A DNA stretch of 64,000 nt from Alphaproteobacteria bacterium (GTDB lineage Bacteria; Pseudomonadota; Alphaproteobacteria; UBA828): positions 672,001 through 736,000 of the forward strand of contig CBDCRW010000007.1 of the NCBI GenBank assembly GCA_965221125.1. Direction: 5' to 3'. Below, one piece after another: positions 39,472 to 49,394 of the stretch (position 1 is the first letter of the stretch; every line of letters starts with the position of its first letter). A program made the translations under genes and the position numbers. Below the pieces are notes generated by a model. The model had not been told where the DNA came from. It worked only from the letters and a program-made list of their open reading frames with translations, and did no database searches.

Positions 39472-40716
39472 ATGTTCTCGGCCTTCGAGCGCCTCGTCGC
39501 GTTTCGCTATCTGCGCGCCCGCCGGCAGGAAGGCCTCGTCTCGGTCATCGCGGCGTTCTCGCTCATCGGCATCTTCCTCGGTGTGGCGACGCTCATCATC
39601 GTCATGTCGGTGATGAACGGTTTCAGGGAGGAGCTTCTCACCCGCATTCTCGGGCTCAACGGCCACATGACGACCTACGCCTACCAGGGCGGCTTCACCG
39701 ATTTCGATCCGCTTGCGGACCGGATCAGGGCGGTGGACGGCATCGTCACCGTCTCGCCCACGGTCACGGGGCAGGTGATTGCGGCGTCCAAGGGCAATGC
39801 CACCTTCGGCCAGGTGCGGGGCGTGCGCGACAGCTACCTGGAGGCGCGCCCGCTGCTGACCGGGAACATCGTCGCCGGACAACTCGAAGAGTTCGCCGCC
39901 GGCGAAGGGGTGCTGATCGGCGACCGCATGGCGCGCAAACTCGGCGTCGGCGTCGGCGACTCCATCACGCTGCTCTCGCCCCAGGGCCGATCGACGTTGA
40001 TGGGCACGGTGCCGCGCTCGCGCGCCTACACCGTGGCCGCGACGTTCGACATCGGCATGTTCGAGTACGACGCCACCTACATCTTCATGCCGCTCGACCT
40101 CGCCCAGGTGTATTTCAGGAAGCCCGGCGCCGTCACCGCCATCGAGCTGACGGTCGCCGATCCTGAGCGCATACGGGAGGTCCAGGCCGACGTGAGAGCG
40201 GTCCTGGGCGATCTCGGATGGATCGTGGACTGGCGCCGCGCCAACGCGCAGTTCGTCAACGCGCTTCAGGTCGAGCGCAACGTGATGTTCGTGATCCTGA
40301 CCCTGATCGTGCTGGTGGCCGCCTTCAACATCATCGCCGGGCTCATCATGGTGGTGAAGGACAAGGGCCGCGACATCGCGATCCTGCGGACCATGGGGGC
40401 CACGCGCGGGCAGATCCTGCGCATCTTCTTCATGAACGGGGCGGCGATCGGGGTGGCGGGCACGGTGCTCGGCGTCGGCGGGGGCATCGCTTTCGCCGCC
40501 AACATCGACAGCATCCGCGTCTGGCTGGAGAGCCTGACCGACACGGCGCTGTTCCCGGCCGAGATCCGCTTCCTCTCGCAGCTCCCGTCGCGAATCGATC
40601 CGACCGAGGTGGTGATCGTGGCAGCCATGGCGATCGGGCTTTCGTTCCTGGCGACGATCTACCCGGCCTGGCGGGCGGCGCGGCTCGATCCCGTGGAGGC
40701 GCTCCGCTATGAGTAG
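39472..40716 (+). CDS. lolE: Lipoprotein-releasing ABC transporter permease LolC/E
   Basis: GVATLIIVMSVMNGF, DIAILRTMGA and YPAWRAARLDPVEALRYE motifs. Confidence 0.95.
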   Translation: MFSAFERLVAFRYLRARRQEGLVSVIAAFSLIGIFLGVATLIIVMSVMNGFREELLTRILGLNGHMTTYAYQGGFTDFDPLADRIRAVDGIVTVSPTVTGQVIAASKGNATFGQVRGVRDSYLEARPLLTGNIVAGQLEEFAAGEGVLIGDRMARKLGVGVGDSITLLSPQGRSTLMGTVPRSRAYTVAATFDIGMFEYDATYIFMPLDLAQVYFRKPGAVTAIELTVADPERIREVQADVRAVLGDLGWIVDWRRANAQFVNALQVERNVMFVILTLIVLVAAFNIIAGLIMVVKDKGRDIAILRTMGATRGQILRIFFMNGAAIGVAGTVLGVGGGIAFAANIDSIRVWLESLTDTALFPAEIRFLSQLPSRIDPTEVVIVAAMAIGLSFLATIYPAWRAARLDPVEALRYE

Positions 40717-40752
40717 TGTTCCACTATGAGTAGTGCTCCGCCATGAGTGGCG
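40702..40752 (+). repeat. 17-bp tandem repeat, three copies, spanning the lolE stop and lolD start
   Basis: CTCCGCTATGAGTAGTG / TTCCACTATGAGTAGTG / CTCCGCCATGAGTGGCG. Confidence 0.9.
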
Positions 40753-41426
40753 CTCCTGCCCTCGAGCTGCGCGCGGTGGTGCAGACCTTCTACCAGGCCG
40801 GCAGCGCCATCGAGGTTCTGAAGGGCGCCTCGCTCTCCGTCTCGCCCGGCGAGATGGTGGCCCTGGTCGGCCCCTCCGGCGCCGGCAAGTCGACCCTGCT
40901 CCAGATCGCCGGACTCCTGGAACGCCCGCACGCAGGCGAGGTCGCCATCGTGGGCGAGCGCTGCGACCGCCTGCCGGACCGGCGCAGGACCAGGCTGCGA
41001 CGCGAACGACTGGGCTTCATCTATCAGTTCCATCACCTGCTGGCCGAGTTCTCGGCGCTGGAGAACGTCATCCTGCCGCAGATGATCGCGGGCCGCCCCA
41101 AGCGTGCGGCGCGCGAGCGGGCGCGGGAGATTCTCGGGCGCCTCGGGCTCGACGCGCGAGAGACGCACCGGCCTTCCCGGCTCTCGGGCGGCGAGCAGCA
41201 GCGCGTCGCCATCGCGCGCGCCATCGCCAACCAGCCGGCGGTGCTGCTGGCGGATGAGCCCACCGGCAACCTCGATCACGACACGGCGGACTCGGTGTTC
41301 GAATCGCTTCTCGATATCGTCCGCACCACCGGGCTCGCCGCGCTCGTGGCTACCCACAACATGGCGCTGGCCGAGCGTATGGACCGGCGGCTCGCGCTGG
41401 AGAACGGGGTCCTCGTCTCCTCATGA
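40743..41426 (+). CDS. lolD: Lipoprotein-releasing ABC ATP-binding protein
   Basis: [19 protein letters not shown] (LolD motif) and DEPTGNLD. Confidence 0.95.
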   Translation: MSGAPALELRAVVQTFYQAGSAIEVLKGASLSVSPGEMVALVGPSGAGKSTLLQIAGLLERPHAGEVAIVGERCDRLPDRRRTRLRRERLGFIYQFHHLLAEFSALENVILPQMIAGRPKRAARERAREILGRLGLDARETHRPSRLSGGEQQRVAIARAIANQPAVLLADEPTGNLDHDTADSVFESLLDIVRTTGLAALVATHNMALAERMDRRLALENGVLVSS

Positions 41427-41445
41427 ACGGAACGGGCACGAGCCG

Positions 41446-42171
41446 ATGAATTCCGACCGGCCGGAGAAGCCCGTGCTGCTCGTGACCCACGTCACGGCCA
41501 TCGACGTCGGCGCAATCCCTGACCTGCTTGCTGGCCAGGGGCGGTCGTCCCGCGTCATCCGGGCGAACAAGGGAGAGCCGTTCCCGGACGACATCGAGTC
41601 GCTCGGAGGGGTCGTGAGCTTCGGCGGGCCGCAGAGCGCCAATGACGATCACGTCGACTACATCCGGGCGGAGCTGGACTGGATGCCCCGCCTCATGGCG
41701 GCCGGCGTGCCGTTGCTCGGCATCTGCCTCGGCAGCCAGATGGTAGCCCGCACGCTCGGCGCCACGGTGGCGCCCGATCCCGACGGGCTTTACGAGTTCG
41801 GCTACTACCCCATCGAGCCCCTGGACAGCGCGGCCGACGACCTCGCTCTCGATGCGACGCTCGACGTGGCGCACCGTCACGGCGAGGCGTTCACCGTGCC
41901 CGCCGGCGCGCGCCGCCTTGCCCGGCGCGACGGGTTCGAGAACCAGGCCTTCCGCTACGGCGCGACGACGTGGGGCGTTCAGTTCCACCCGGAGGTCAAC
42001 GACGCGGTGCTGACGCGCTGGGTCGATGGCGACCCGCCTGCCGAGGACCTCGCACGCAACGGCGCGCAAACACCGGCAGAGCAGCATGCGAATCATGCGC
42101 GCTATCACGCAGCCATGCACGACTGGCTCGGCCGCTTTCTCGCGCTCTGGCTCGCCAGTGCGGAGCGCTGA
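41446..42171 (+). CDS. Class I glutamine amidotransferase-like protein
   Basis: FGGPQS, GICLGSQ and QFHPE (Cys-His-Glu triad). Confidence 0.9.
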   Translation: MNSDRPEKPVLLVTHVTAIDVGAIPDLLAGQGRSSRVIRANKGEPFPDDIESLGGVVSFGGPQSANDDHVDYIRAELDWMPRLMAAGVPLLGICLGSQMVARTLGATVAPDPDGLYEFGYYPIEPLDSAADDLALDATLDVAHRHGEAFTVPAGARRLARRDGFENQAFRYGATTWGVQFHPEVNDAVLTRWVDGDPPAEDLARNGAQTPAEQHANHARYHAAMHDWLGRFLALWLASAER

Positions 42172-42172
42172 C

Positions 42173-42766
42173 GTGGCGAAAAACCTGATCGTCGGCGTGA
42201 CCGGCGCGAGCGGCGCTGTCTACGGCGTGCGCCTGCTGGAAGTGCTGCACGACACGCCGGTGGAGACCCATCTCGTCGTCAGCAAGTGGGGCCAGCGGAC
42301 GCTGGAGCACGAGACCGGCAAGACCCTCGACGATCTTCGCACGCTGGCGGACCATCACTACGGCGCGGGCGACATGGCCGCCCTGATGTCCTCCGGCTCG
42401 GCCGCCATCGACGGCATGGCGGTCGCGCCCTGCTCGGCGCGGAGCCTCGCGGCAATCGCCTGCGGACTCAGCGAGAACCTGATCCACCGCGCGGCCGACG
42501 TCATGATCAAGGAGCGCCGGCCGCTCGTCCTCATGGTCCGGGAGACACCGCTCAGCGCCATCCACCTCGAAAACATGCTCAAGCTGGCGCGGCTGGGCGT
42601 CACAATCCTCCCCCCCGTGCCGGCCTTCTACAACGAGCCCGGATCGATCGCGGAGATGGTCGACTACACCGTGGTCAGGGCGCTGGACCAGTTCGGCCTA
42701 CGGGTCGACCTGGGCGCGCGCTGGCGGGGCGGCCTCAAGCGCCGCCCGGAGCCGTCAGACCGCTAA
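42173..42766 (+). CDS. ubiX: Flavin prenyltransferase
   Basis: GVTGASG, SGS, APCS, RAADV..KE.R.L...RETP and P.PAFY motifs; GTG start. Confidence 0.95.
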   Translation: MAKNLIVGVTGASGAVYGVRLLEVLHDTPVETHLVVSKWGQRTLEHETGKTLDDLRTLADHHYGAGDMAALMSSGSAAIDGMAVAPCSARSLAAIACGLSENLIHRAADVMIKERRPLVLMVRETPLSAIHLENMLKLARLGVTILPPVPAFYNEPGSIAEMVDYTVVRALDQFGLRVDLGARWRGGLKRRPEPSDR

Positions 42767-42822
42767 GTGCGCCGATGGTCTCATGACAGGGTCGGCCAAC
42801 CCGACCGCGACAAGCTGATTTC

Positions 42823-44754
42823 TCAACTGTCCACCAGCGCGCGCGACACGAGACCCGAGAGACGCCTGGTGAACGCCGGAGGATCGGGGACCGGCTCGCC
42901 TTCGAGGATGAGCGCCTGATCCATCAGCAGGTGGGCGGCGTCCTCCAGCGCCTCGGTCGCGCCCTTCTGCCCGACCATCCTTGCCAGCGCACGTGTCAGA
43001 TCGTGCGACGGGTTGATCTCGAGCACACGCTTCTGCTCCGGCATCTCGTGCTTGTGCTGGCGCAGCAGCCGTTCCAGGTGGATGTCGAGGTCGCCGTCGT
43101 CGGCGACGAGACAGACCGGGCTGTCGGTCAGGCGTTCGGAGGTGCGCACGTCCTTCACGGTATCGGCCAGCGTCAGCTTGACCAGGGCGATGAGCTTGTC
43201 CATCTCGCCCGGCGGCGGCGCATCCGCCTCGTCGGGCTTGGTCTCATCGTTCACGGCGAACTTTTCGAGATCCGCCGCCCCCTGGGTCACGGAGCGGAAC
43301 GTCTTTTCCTTGTATGCGCCGACCATCGGCAACCAGAACTGATCGACCGGGTCGGCCATCAGCAGCACGTCGATCCCGCGCGCGCGGAAACCCTCGACCT
43401 GCGGGCTGCGGCGCAGCGCCTCGGGGTCCTCTCCGCTGATGTAGTAGATCGCCTCCTGCTGCTCCGGCATGGCGTCCACGTACTCGTCGAGCGAGAGCCA
43501 GCCGTTGCCGCCGCCCGTGGAGCGGAAGCGAACGAGGGGAAGCAGCCGGTCCTTCTGCTCGGCGTCCTCGTAGAGCCCCTCCTTCAGCACCGCCCCGAAA
43601 TTCTCCCAGAACGCCGCGTACTCGTCCGGCGCCTTCTTGGCCCGCTTCTCCAGTTCGGAGAACACGCGCTTGACCAGGCCGGTTCGGATCTTCGCCAGGA
43701 TGGGGTCGTGCTGCAGGGTCTCGCGGCTCACGTTGAGCGCGAGATCGCTGGAATCCACCACGCCCCGTACGAACCGCAGGTACGACGGGACCAGCCCCTC
43801 GCACTCGTCGGTGATGAAGACCCGCCTGACGTAGAGCCGCACCCGGCTCTGGCGCAGCGGGTCGAACAGGTCGAAGGGCCTGGAGTCCGGCACGAAGAGC
43901 AGCGCCGTGTATTCGATTCGCCCCTCGGCATGGAGATGGATGGTGTGCCAGGGGTCGCCCGGCATGTGGGCGATGTGGTGGTAGAACTCGCGGTATTGCG
44001 CGTCGTCGATGTCGCTCTTGGGCCGGCTCCACAGCGCCGAGCCCTCGTTGACCATCTCCTTCTGGCCGCTCTCGTTCTCCAGCCAGATGGGCAGGCCGAT
44101 GTGATCGGAGTACGCCTTGACGACGGTGCGGATGCGGAGCGGCTCCAGGAACTCGCGGGCGTCCTTGCGCAGGTGCAGCGCGATCCTGGTCCCGCGCGCC
44201 GCATTGGCCTCCGGCGCGATCGAGAACGATCCGGTCCCGTCCGACCGCCAGCGCCAGCCCTCGCTCTCGTCCGCCCGCCGCGTCACCACCTCGACGCGCT
44301 TCGCCACCATGAAGGACGAATAGAAGCCGACACCGAACTGCCCGATCAGCCCGGAGGCCAGGCCGTCCTGATCCTGCTTCCCATCCTGTTCGTCTTGCCC
44401 ATCGCCGCCTTGCGCATCCGCCATCTGCTTGACGAACGCCTCGGTGCCGGAGCGCGCGATGGTCCCGAGATTGTCGATCAGCTCCTCGCGGCTCATGCCG
44501 ATGCCGTTGTCGGCCACCACCAGCACACCGCCCGTGCTGTCCGGCGTGATCGTCACCGCGAGCGCGGCATCGTCGCCCAGCAGGTCCGGCTGGGTGATCG
44601 CCGAATAGCGAAGCTTGTCGCAGGCGTCTGAGGCGTTCGAGATCAGCTCGCGCAGGAAGATCTCCTTCTCCCGATAGAGCGACTTGGCCATGAGATCGAG
44701 CAGCTTGCTGACCTCGGCCTGGAACGCGTGGCGCTCCCCGTTCGATTTCGCCAT
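42823..44754 (-). CDS. htpG: Chaperone HtpG (Hsp90)
   Basis: EIFLRELISNASDA, DNGIGM, GQFGVGFYS and LNVSRE motifs. Confidence 0.98.
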   Translation of the reverse strand: MAKSNGERHAFQAEVSKLLDLMAKSLYREKEIFLRELISNASDACDKLRYSAITQPDLLGDDAALAVTITPDSTGGVLVVADNGIGMSREELIDNLGTIARSGTEAFVKQMADAQGGDGQDEQDGKQDQDGLASGLIGQFGVGFYSSFMVAKRVEVVTRRADESEGWRWRSDGTGSFSIAPEANAARGTRIALHLRKDAREFLEPLRIRTVVKAYSDHIGLPIWLENESGQKEMVNEGSALWSRPKSDIDDAQYREFYHHIAHMPGDPWHTIHLHAEGRIEYTALLFVPDSRPFDLFDPLRQSRVRLYVRRVFITDECEGLVPSYLRFVRGVVDSSDLALNVSRETLQHDPILAKIRTGLVKRVFSELEKRAKKAPDEYAAFWENFGAVLKEGLYEDAEQKDRLLPLVRFRSTGGGNGWLSLDEYVDAMPEQQEAIYYISGEDPEALRRSPQVEGFRARGIDVLLMADPVDQFWLPMVGAYKEKTFRSVTQGAADLEKFAVNDETKPDEADAPPPGEMDKLIALVKLTLADTVKDVRTSERLTDSPVCLVADDGDLDIHLERLLRQHKHEMPEQKRVLEINPSHDLTRALARMVGQKGATEALEDAAHLLMDQALILEGEPVPDPPAFTRRLSGLVSRALVDS

Positions 44755-44796
44755 CTCCCCCTCCGCTTCGCCCGTGCGCTGACGGTTCGGGGCGCT

Positions 44797-44825
44797 ATAT
44801 GTGACGAACCCGCGAGCGGTTCAAG
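44797..44825 (-). promoter_or_regulatory. RpoH (sigma-32)-type promoter of htpG
   Basis: CTTGAA-N16-CACATAT upstream of a heat-shock gene. Confidence 0.65.
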
Positions 44826-44873
44826 CCCGCGCTGGGCGGTCTTGCCCGAAATCAGAAGCGCGCCGGCGACGGT

Positions 44874-45323
44874 CTATTCCAGAGCGTCGAGCTGCCCGCC
44901 TTCGAGAATCTGCTCCAGGACGATGCCGTCGGACTGTTCGTACCGGCCATCGCCAAGCGGCGTGACGAACTTGCAGAACTCCTTGGGGCCGATCGGTATG
45001 GCCGGATAATTCGTGCAAAAATGGCCGAGATCGTTGAAGAAATACGTTCCATCGTAGTTGAACGTCCCGAACGGAGTCTTCGCCTTCAATTTGGCTGTCC
45101 CGTCGGGCGCAAAATACTCGGCCGCCTGGATATTTCTTTTCTCGTCGATGCCAATGACGGTGCTTCCTGCCACGAGCGCCTGCACTTCGGCGACGGTCAG
45201 CGCATCCAGCGTCTCGGCAGTGACCTCCGGCGGCGGCGCCTGCTGCGTCTGGCACGCCGCGGCAACGAATCCAACGGCCGCGAGCACCACGCCGGCGGCA
45301 GCGATTTTCGCGACGTTGACCAT
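44874..45323 (-). CDS. Putative lipoprotein of unknown function
   Basis: Signal peptide ending in AAAC lipobox-like motif; GGGAGG RBS. Confidence 0.65.
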   Translation of the reverse strand: MVNVAKIAAAGVVLAAVGFVAAACQTQQAPPPEVTAETLDALTVAEVQALVAGSTVIGIDEKRNIQAAEYFAPDGTAKLKAKTPFGTFNYDGTYFFNDLGHFCTNYPAIPIGPKEFCKFVTPLGDGRYEQSDGIVLEQILEGGQLDALE

Positions 45324-45459
45324 GTGAATTCCTCCCGACGAGCCGATCCTGTGAGCCGTGCGTCTCCTGCCTAGCTAACCGCGGGAGGTCACATACATGC
45401 AATTATCGCTTGCGGCGAACGGGGTTGCCAAATCGGGGCGGAGCGCCAATCCTCTCCTC

Positions 45460-47997
45460 ATGGTTCGGCACGACGCCGAAAACGCCGCCGTCACCGCGCT
45501 GCTCGGCCCGACCAACACGGGAAAGACCCATCTGGCGGTCGAGCGCATGCTGGCTCATCGCACCGGCATGATGGGCTTCCCGCTCCGCCTCCTCGCGCGC
45601 GAGGTCTACGACCGCGTGGTTGAGGCGAAGGGGGAGGGCGCGGTTGCGCTGGTGACGGGGGAAGAACGGCGGGTTCCCGAAGAGCCGCGCTACTTCGTCT
45701 GCACCGTGGAATCGATGCCGCTCGATCGGCAGGTCGAGTTCGTCGCGGTTGACGAGATTCAGCTCGCCGGCGACCGCGAGCGCGGTCACATCTTCACCGA
45801 CCGGCTGCTGCGCGCGCGCGGGACCGCAGAAACCATGTTCCTCGGCGCGGATACGATGTGCCCGTTGATCCGCGCGCTCGTGCCCGAGGCAAAGTTCACC
45901 AGCCGGCCCCGGCTTTCCACGCTCGGCCACGAGGGGCACTGCAAGCTGGCGCGGCTCAGGCCTCGAAATGCCGTCATCGCCTTCTCGACCGAGTCGGTCT
46001 ACGCGCTCGCCGAGCGCGTCCGGGGCCTCCGGGGCGGCTGCGCGGTGGTGCTGGGGGCGTTGAGCCCGCGCACGCGCAACGCGCAGGTCGGCCTCTACCA
46101 GTCGGGCGAGGTGGACAGTCTGATCGCGACGGACGCCATCGGCATGGGCCTCAACCTGGACCTGGAGCACGTCGCGTTCTCGGCCTGCCGGAAGTTCGAC
46201 GGCCGGGCGATGCGCATGCTCACGTCCGCCGAGATCGCGCAGATCGCAGGCCGCGCGGGTCGCCACCTCACGGACGGCAGCTTCGGCACGACCGGCGGCA
46301 TTGAGCCATTCGACCCCGCTCTCGTGCAGGCGGTGGAGGATCATCGCTTCCCGCCGGTACGCAGCGCCTACTGGCGCAACGCCGACCTCAGCTTCGAGTC
46401 GTTACCGGCGCTGGCCGACTCGCTGGCCGCGCCGCCGCCGCTCCCCGGTCTGAAACGAACCCACGATGCGGACGACCACCGGACTCTGCTCGTGCTCGCG
46501 CGCGACCCGGCGGTCGCGGAGACACTGACCGGCGCGGATCGCATCGCGCTCCTCTGGGAGGTCTGCCAGATCCCCGATTTTCGCAAGACCATGGCGGAGG
46601 ATCACGTGGGTCTCGTGCGGCGGATCTATCTCTCGCTGGTCGGGAGCGGCCGCCTGCCGCCGGACTGGGTCGCCCGCTCGATCGAGCGGCTGGCGCCCAC
46701 GGAAGGCGACATCGATACGCTGACGGCCCGCATCAGCCATGTGCGAACGTGGACCTACGTCTCGCACCGCGCCGACTGGGTGGACGACGCGCGCGGCTGG
46801 CAGGAGCGCACGCGCTCGCTCGAGGACGCGCTCTCCGACGCACTCCATGCGCAACTGACCCAGCTCTTCGTCAAGCGCAGGCGGGGCCATGTCCGTCCCG
46901 GCAGGCGTATGGACGAGGCCCTTTTCGCGATCGTCGAAGACAGCGGCGCGGTCATGGTGGAGGGGGAGCGGGCCGGAATCTTCGACGGCTTTCGCTTCCG
47001 CCCCGATACCGAGGTCGAGCAGAGCAGGGGCGTGCTCGCGGCCGCGCACCGCGTGGTCGAGCGCGAAGTCGCGCGACGGGTCGCTGTGGCAGAGGCGGAC
47101 GGCGACGACGCGTTCGCACTTGGACTGGAGCCCGGACGGAAAGATGCGCCGCGCTGGGGCGAGATCGCCTGGCGCGGGGCCTCGGTCGGCCGGCTCGGCC
47201 GGGGCGACACGCCGCTCCGGCCAGCCATCGCTCTCATCGGCGAAGATCATCTGAGCGCGGCGCAGCGCGAGCGAGTGCGCCGGCGCCTCCAGGCATGGCT
47301 CGATGGCTTTCTCGCCCGCAACGCGGGACCGCTCGTGGCGCTCCGCGACGCGCCGCTCGAAGGCACCGCCCGCGGGGTTGCATTCGCGCTGGGCGAAGAG
47401 CTCGGCTGCGCGCCCCGGCGGGCGCTTGCGCCCCAGATCGCCGCGCTCGATCAGGAGGGACGCCGGGCGCTCGCGCAAGCGGGCGTGCGGCTCGGCGCGC
47501 TCAGCGTGTTCATGCCCGCCATGCTGAAGCCGGCGCGCGCGCGCTGCGCCGGTCTCCTGTGGTGGGCCTGCAACGGTGCGGAGGCACGGCCGCCCACGGT
47601 CGGCTCCGCCGTCTCGGTGGAGCGCGACCCGGACGTGCCCGACGCGTGCTATGCCGCACTGGGCCTGATCCCCCTGGGCAGCCAGATGGTCCGTGCGGAT
47701 ATCGCGGAACGCATCGCCGCCCGCCTGCGCAAGGCCGCCCGCGACGAGCCCTTCGCCGTCGACCCCGGAATTTTGAAGCTGGCCGCGTGCAAGCGGGGCA
47801 AGTTCGAGGACATTCTCGACGCTCTCGGCTATGCGGTGGCCGGCATCGGCACCGATGGCCAGCAACGATATGCGCGGACCGGCCCGAGCCGCCGCAGGAC
47901 CGGCAAGAAGAAACGGCAAGAGGGGAGGGGAGCGAACCCCGATTCTCCCTTCGCGAAGCTCAGCGTTCTCGCCACCGGCACCGCCCGCCCGTCGTGA
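45460..47997 (+). CDS. Suv3/MgpS-like SF2 helicase
   Basis: GPTNTGKT, DEIQ, ATDAIGMGLN and QIAGRAGR motifs; start uncertain (45397 or 45460). Confidence 0.92.
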   Translation: MVRHDAENAAVTALLGPTNTGKTHLAVERMLAHRTGMMGFPLRLLAREVYDRVVEAKGEGAVALVTGEERRVPEEPRYFVCTVESMPLDRQVEFVAVDEIQLAGDRERGHIFTDRLLRARGTAETMFLGADTMCPLIRALVPEAKFTSRPRLSTLGHEGHCKLARLRPRNAVIAFSTESVYALAERVRGLRGGCAVVLGALSPRTRNAQVGLYQSGEVDSLIATDAIGMGLNLDLEHVAFSACRKFDGRAMRMLTSAEIAQIAGRAGRHLTDGSFGTTGGIEPFDPALVQAVEDHRFPPVRSAYWRNADLSFESLPALADSLAAPPPLPGLKRTHDADDHRTLLVLARDPAVAETLTGADRIALLWEVCQIPDFRKTMAEDHVGLVRRIYLSLVGSGRLPPDWVARSIERLAPTEGDIDTLTARISHVRTWTYVSHRADWVDDARGWQERTRSLEDALSDALHAQLTQLFVKRRRGHVRPGRRMDEALFAIVEDSGAVMVEGERAGIFDGFRFRPDTEVEQSRGVLAAAHRVVEREVARRVAVAEADGDDAFALGLEPGRKDAPRWGEIAWRGASVGRLGRGDTPLRPAIALIGEDHLSAAQRERVRRRLQAWLDGFLARNAGPLVALRDAPLEGTARGVAFALGEELGCAPRRALAPQIAALDQEGRRALAQAGVRLGALSVFMPAMLKPARARCAGLLWWACNGAEARPPTVGSAVSVERDPDVPDACYAALGLIPLGSQMVRADIAERIAARLRKAARDEPFAVDPGILKLAACKRGKFEDILDALGYAVAGIGTDGQQRYARTGPSRRRTGKKKRQEGRGANPDSPFAKLSVLATGTARPS

Positions 47998-48278
47998 CGC
48001 GCGACGCCACTGCCGCTCTGGCGACCCGGCTGGACAAGTGGCTCTGGTACGCGCGCTTCTTCAAGACGCGGGGGCTCGCGCAGAAGGCCTGCGAATCCGG
48101 GCGTATCCGTGTCAACGGCCGCCGGATCACAAAGGCGCACCGGGCTGTCGGTCCCGGCGACGTGCTGACCTTCGTGCAGGGGCGGGTGGTGAGAATCGTG
48201 CGGGTGCTGGCGGTGGCCGAGCGGCGCGGGCCTGCGCCCGAGGCCCAGCTTCTCTATGAGGAAATCGAGCAGGAGTAG
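47994..48278 (+). CDS. hslR: S4-domain RNA-binding protein (Hsp15)
   Basis: RLDKWLW.ARFFKTR and RRGPAPEAQ.LYE motifs. Confidence 0.92.
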   Translation: MTRDATAALATRLDKWLWYARFFKTRGLAQKACESGRIRVNGRRITKAHRAVGPGDVLTFVQGRVVRIVRVLAVAERRGPAPEAQLLYEEIEQE

Positions 48279-48350
48279 GGCCATTCGGGCCGGCCGCAGC
48301 CTGCCGGGCGGCTCTTGAGTCGGTCGGCTTCGGTATGATAGGCAGCGCCC

Positions 48351-48830
48351 GTGATCGATCGCATCAAGATACTCTTGCGCGGTGCCGACCTGGACGACGC
48401 CGGGCAAACGGAACCCGACGCGCCGAAGCTTGCGGCGGCCGCGCTTCTGGTCGAGGCGGCGTGCATGGACGGGCATTTTGACGGCGATGAGCGCGATGCC
48501 GTCTGCGCGGCCCTGGGCGCGCATTTCGGGCTTAGCGAGAGCGAGGCCGACACGCTGATCGAAGAAGCCGAGGCCGCCCATCACGAGGCCACCGATCTCC
48601 ACCGCTTCACGCGGGCCATCAACGACCGTTACGATCACGGGGACCGCCTCGCGGTGATGGAGATGCTGTGGGAGGTGGTTTATGCTGACGGCAGGCTTCA
48701 CGCCTATGAGGCCAATCTGATTCGCCGGGTCGGCGGCTTGCTTCACATCACGGACCGGGAACGGGGGGAAGCACGCAAGCGTGTCCTCGCCCGCGTCTCC
48801 GGCGATCCGGAGCAGGCGGCTGCCACCTGA
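48351..48830 (+). CDS. TerB-family protein
   Basis: AALLVEAA..DG....E and LWEVVYADG....E..LIRR motifs. Confidence 0.85.
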   Translation: MIDRIKILLRGADLDDAGQTEPDAPKLAAAALLVEAACMDGHFDGDERDAVCAALGAHFGLSESEADTLIEEAEAAHHEATDLHRFTRAINDRYDHGDRLAVMEMLWEVVYADGRLHAYEANLIRRVGGLLHITDRERGEARKRVLARVSGDPEQAAAT

Positions 48831-48878
48831 GGAGCCGGCCGCGGCGTACGCACGAGCGAATCACGGAGCACGAAGCGA

Positions 48879-49223
48879 ATGACCTATCTGGTGACCGAGG
48901 CCTGCATTCGGTGCAAGTATCAGGACTGCATCGAGGTATGCCCGGTGGATTGCTTTTATGTGGGCGAGAACATGCTGGTGATCCATCCGGACGAGTGCAT
49001 CGACTGCGGCGTTTGCGAGCCCGAGTGTCCCGTCGAAGCGATCATTCCCGATACCGCGGGCGACGACGACTCGGACAAGTGGCTGGAGATCAACCGCAAG
49101 TTCGCGGAAATCTGGCCCAATATCACGCGCAAGGGCGACCCGCCGGACGACGCTGACGACTACAAGGATGAAGAAGGCAAGTTCCAAAAATATTTCTCGG
49201 AAAATCCGGGGGAAGGCGACTAA
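48879..49223 (+). CDS. fdxA: 7Fe ferredoxin FdxA
   Basis: [15 protein letters not shown] and [17 protein letters not shown] motifs. Confidence 0.97.
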   Translation: MTYLVTEACIRCKYQDCIEVCPVDCFYVGENMLVIHPDECIDCGVCEPECPVEAIIPDTAGDDDSDKWLEINRKFAEIWPNITRKGDPPDDADDYKDEEGKFQKYFSENPGEGD

Positions 49224-49394
49224 CCGACCGGCTGCTGCGCTGGAAATTCCGCCGCAACTATGCTAGGGTGTGAACCATTGCGGCGGGGCGATCGGCGCCC
49301 GGCCCGAAACGGCGGCCCCCCCGAGCGGCCGCCGTTGGCGTAAAGCCCCTCGGGCACGGCCGTACCTCAAATCGGACAGGGATACTCGGACACC

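Noticed and set aside
42173-42766. ubiX without ubiD
   Set aside because: ubiX and ubiD are frequently unlinked.
44360-44410. QDEQDGKQDQDG low-complexity insert in HtpG
   Set aside because: It falls in a known variable loop before GQFGVG; probably slippage with little significance.
48351-48830. TerB gene as a tellurite-resistance or defence locus
   Set aside because: It is solitary with no other ter genes; standalone TerB-like genes are common.
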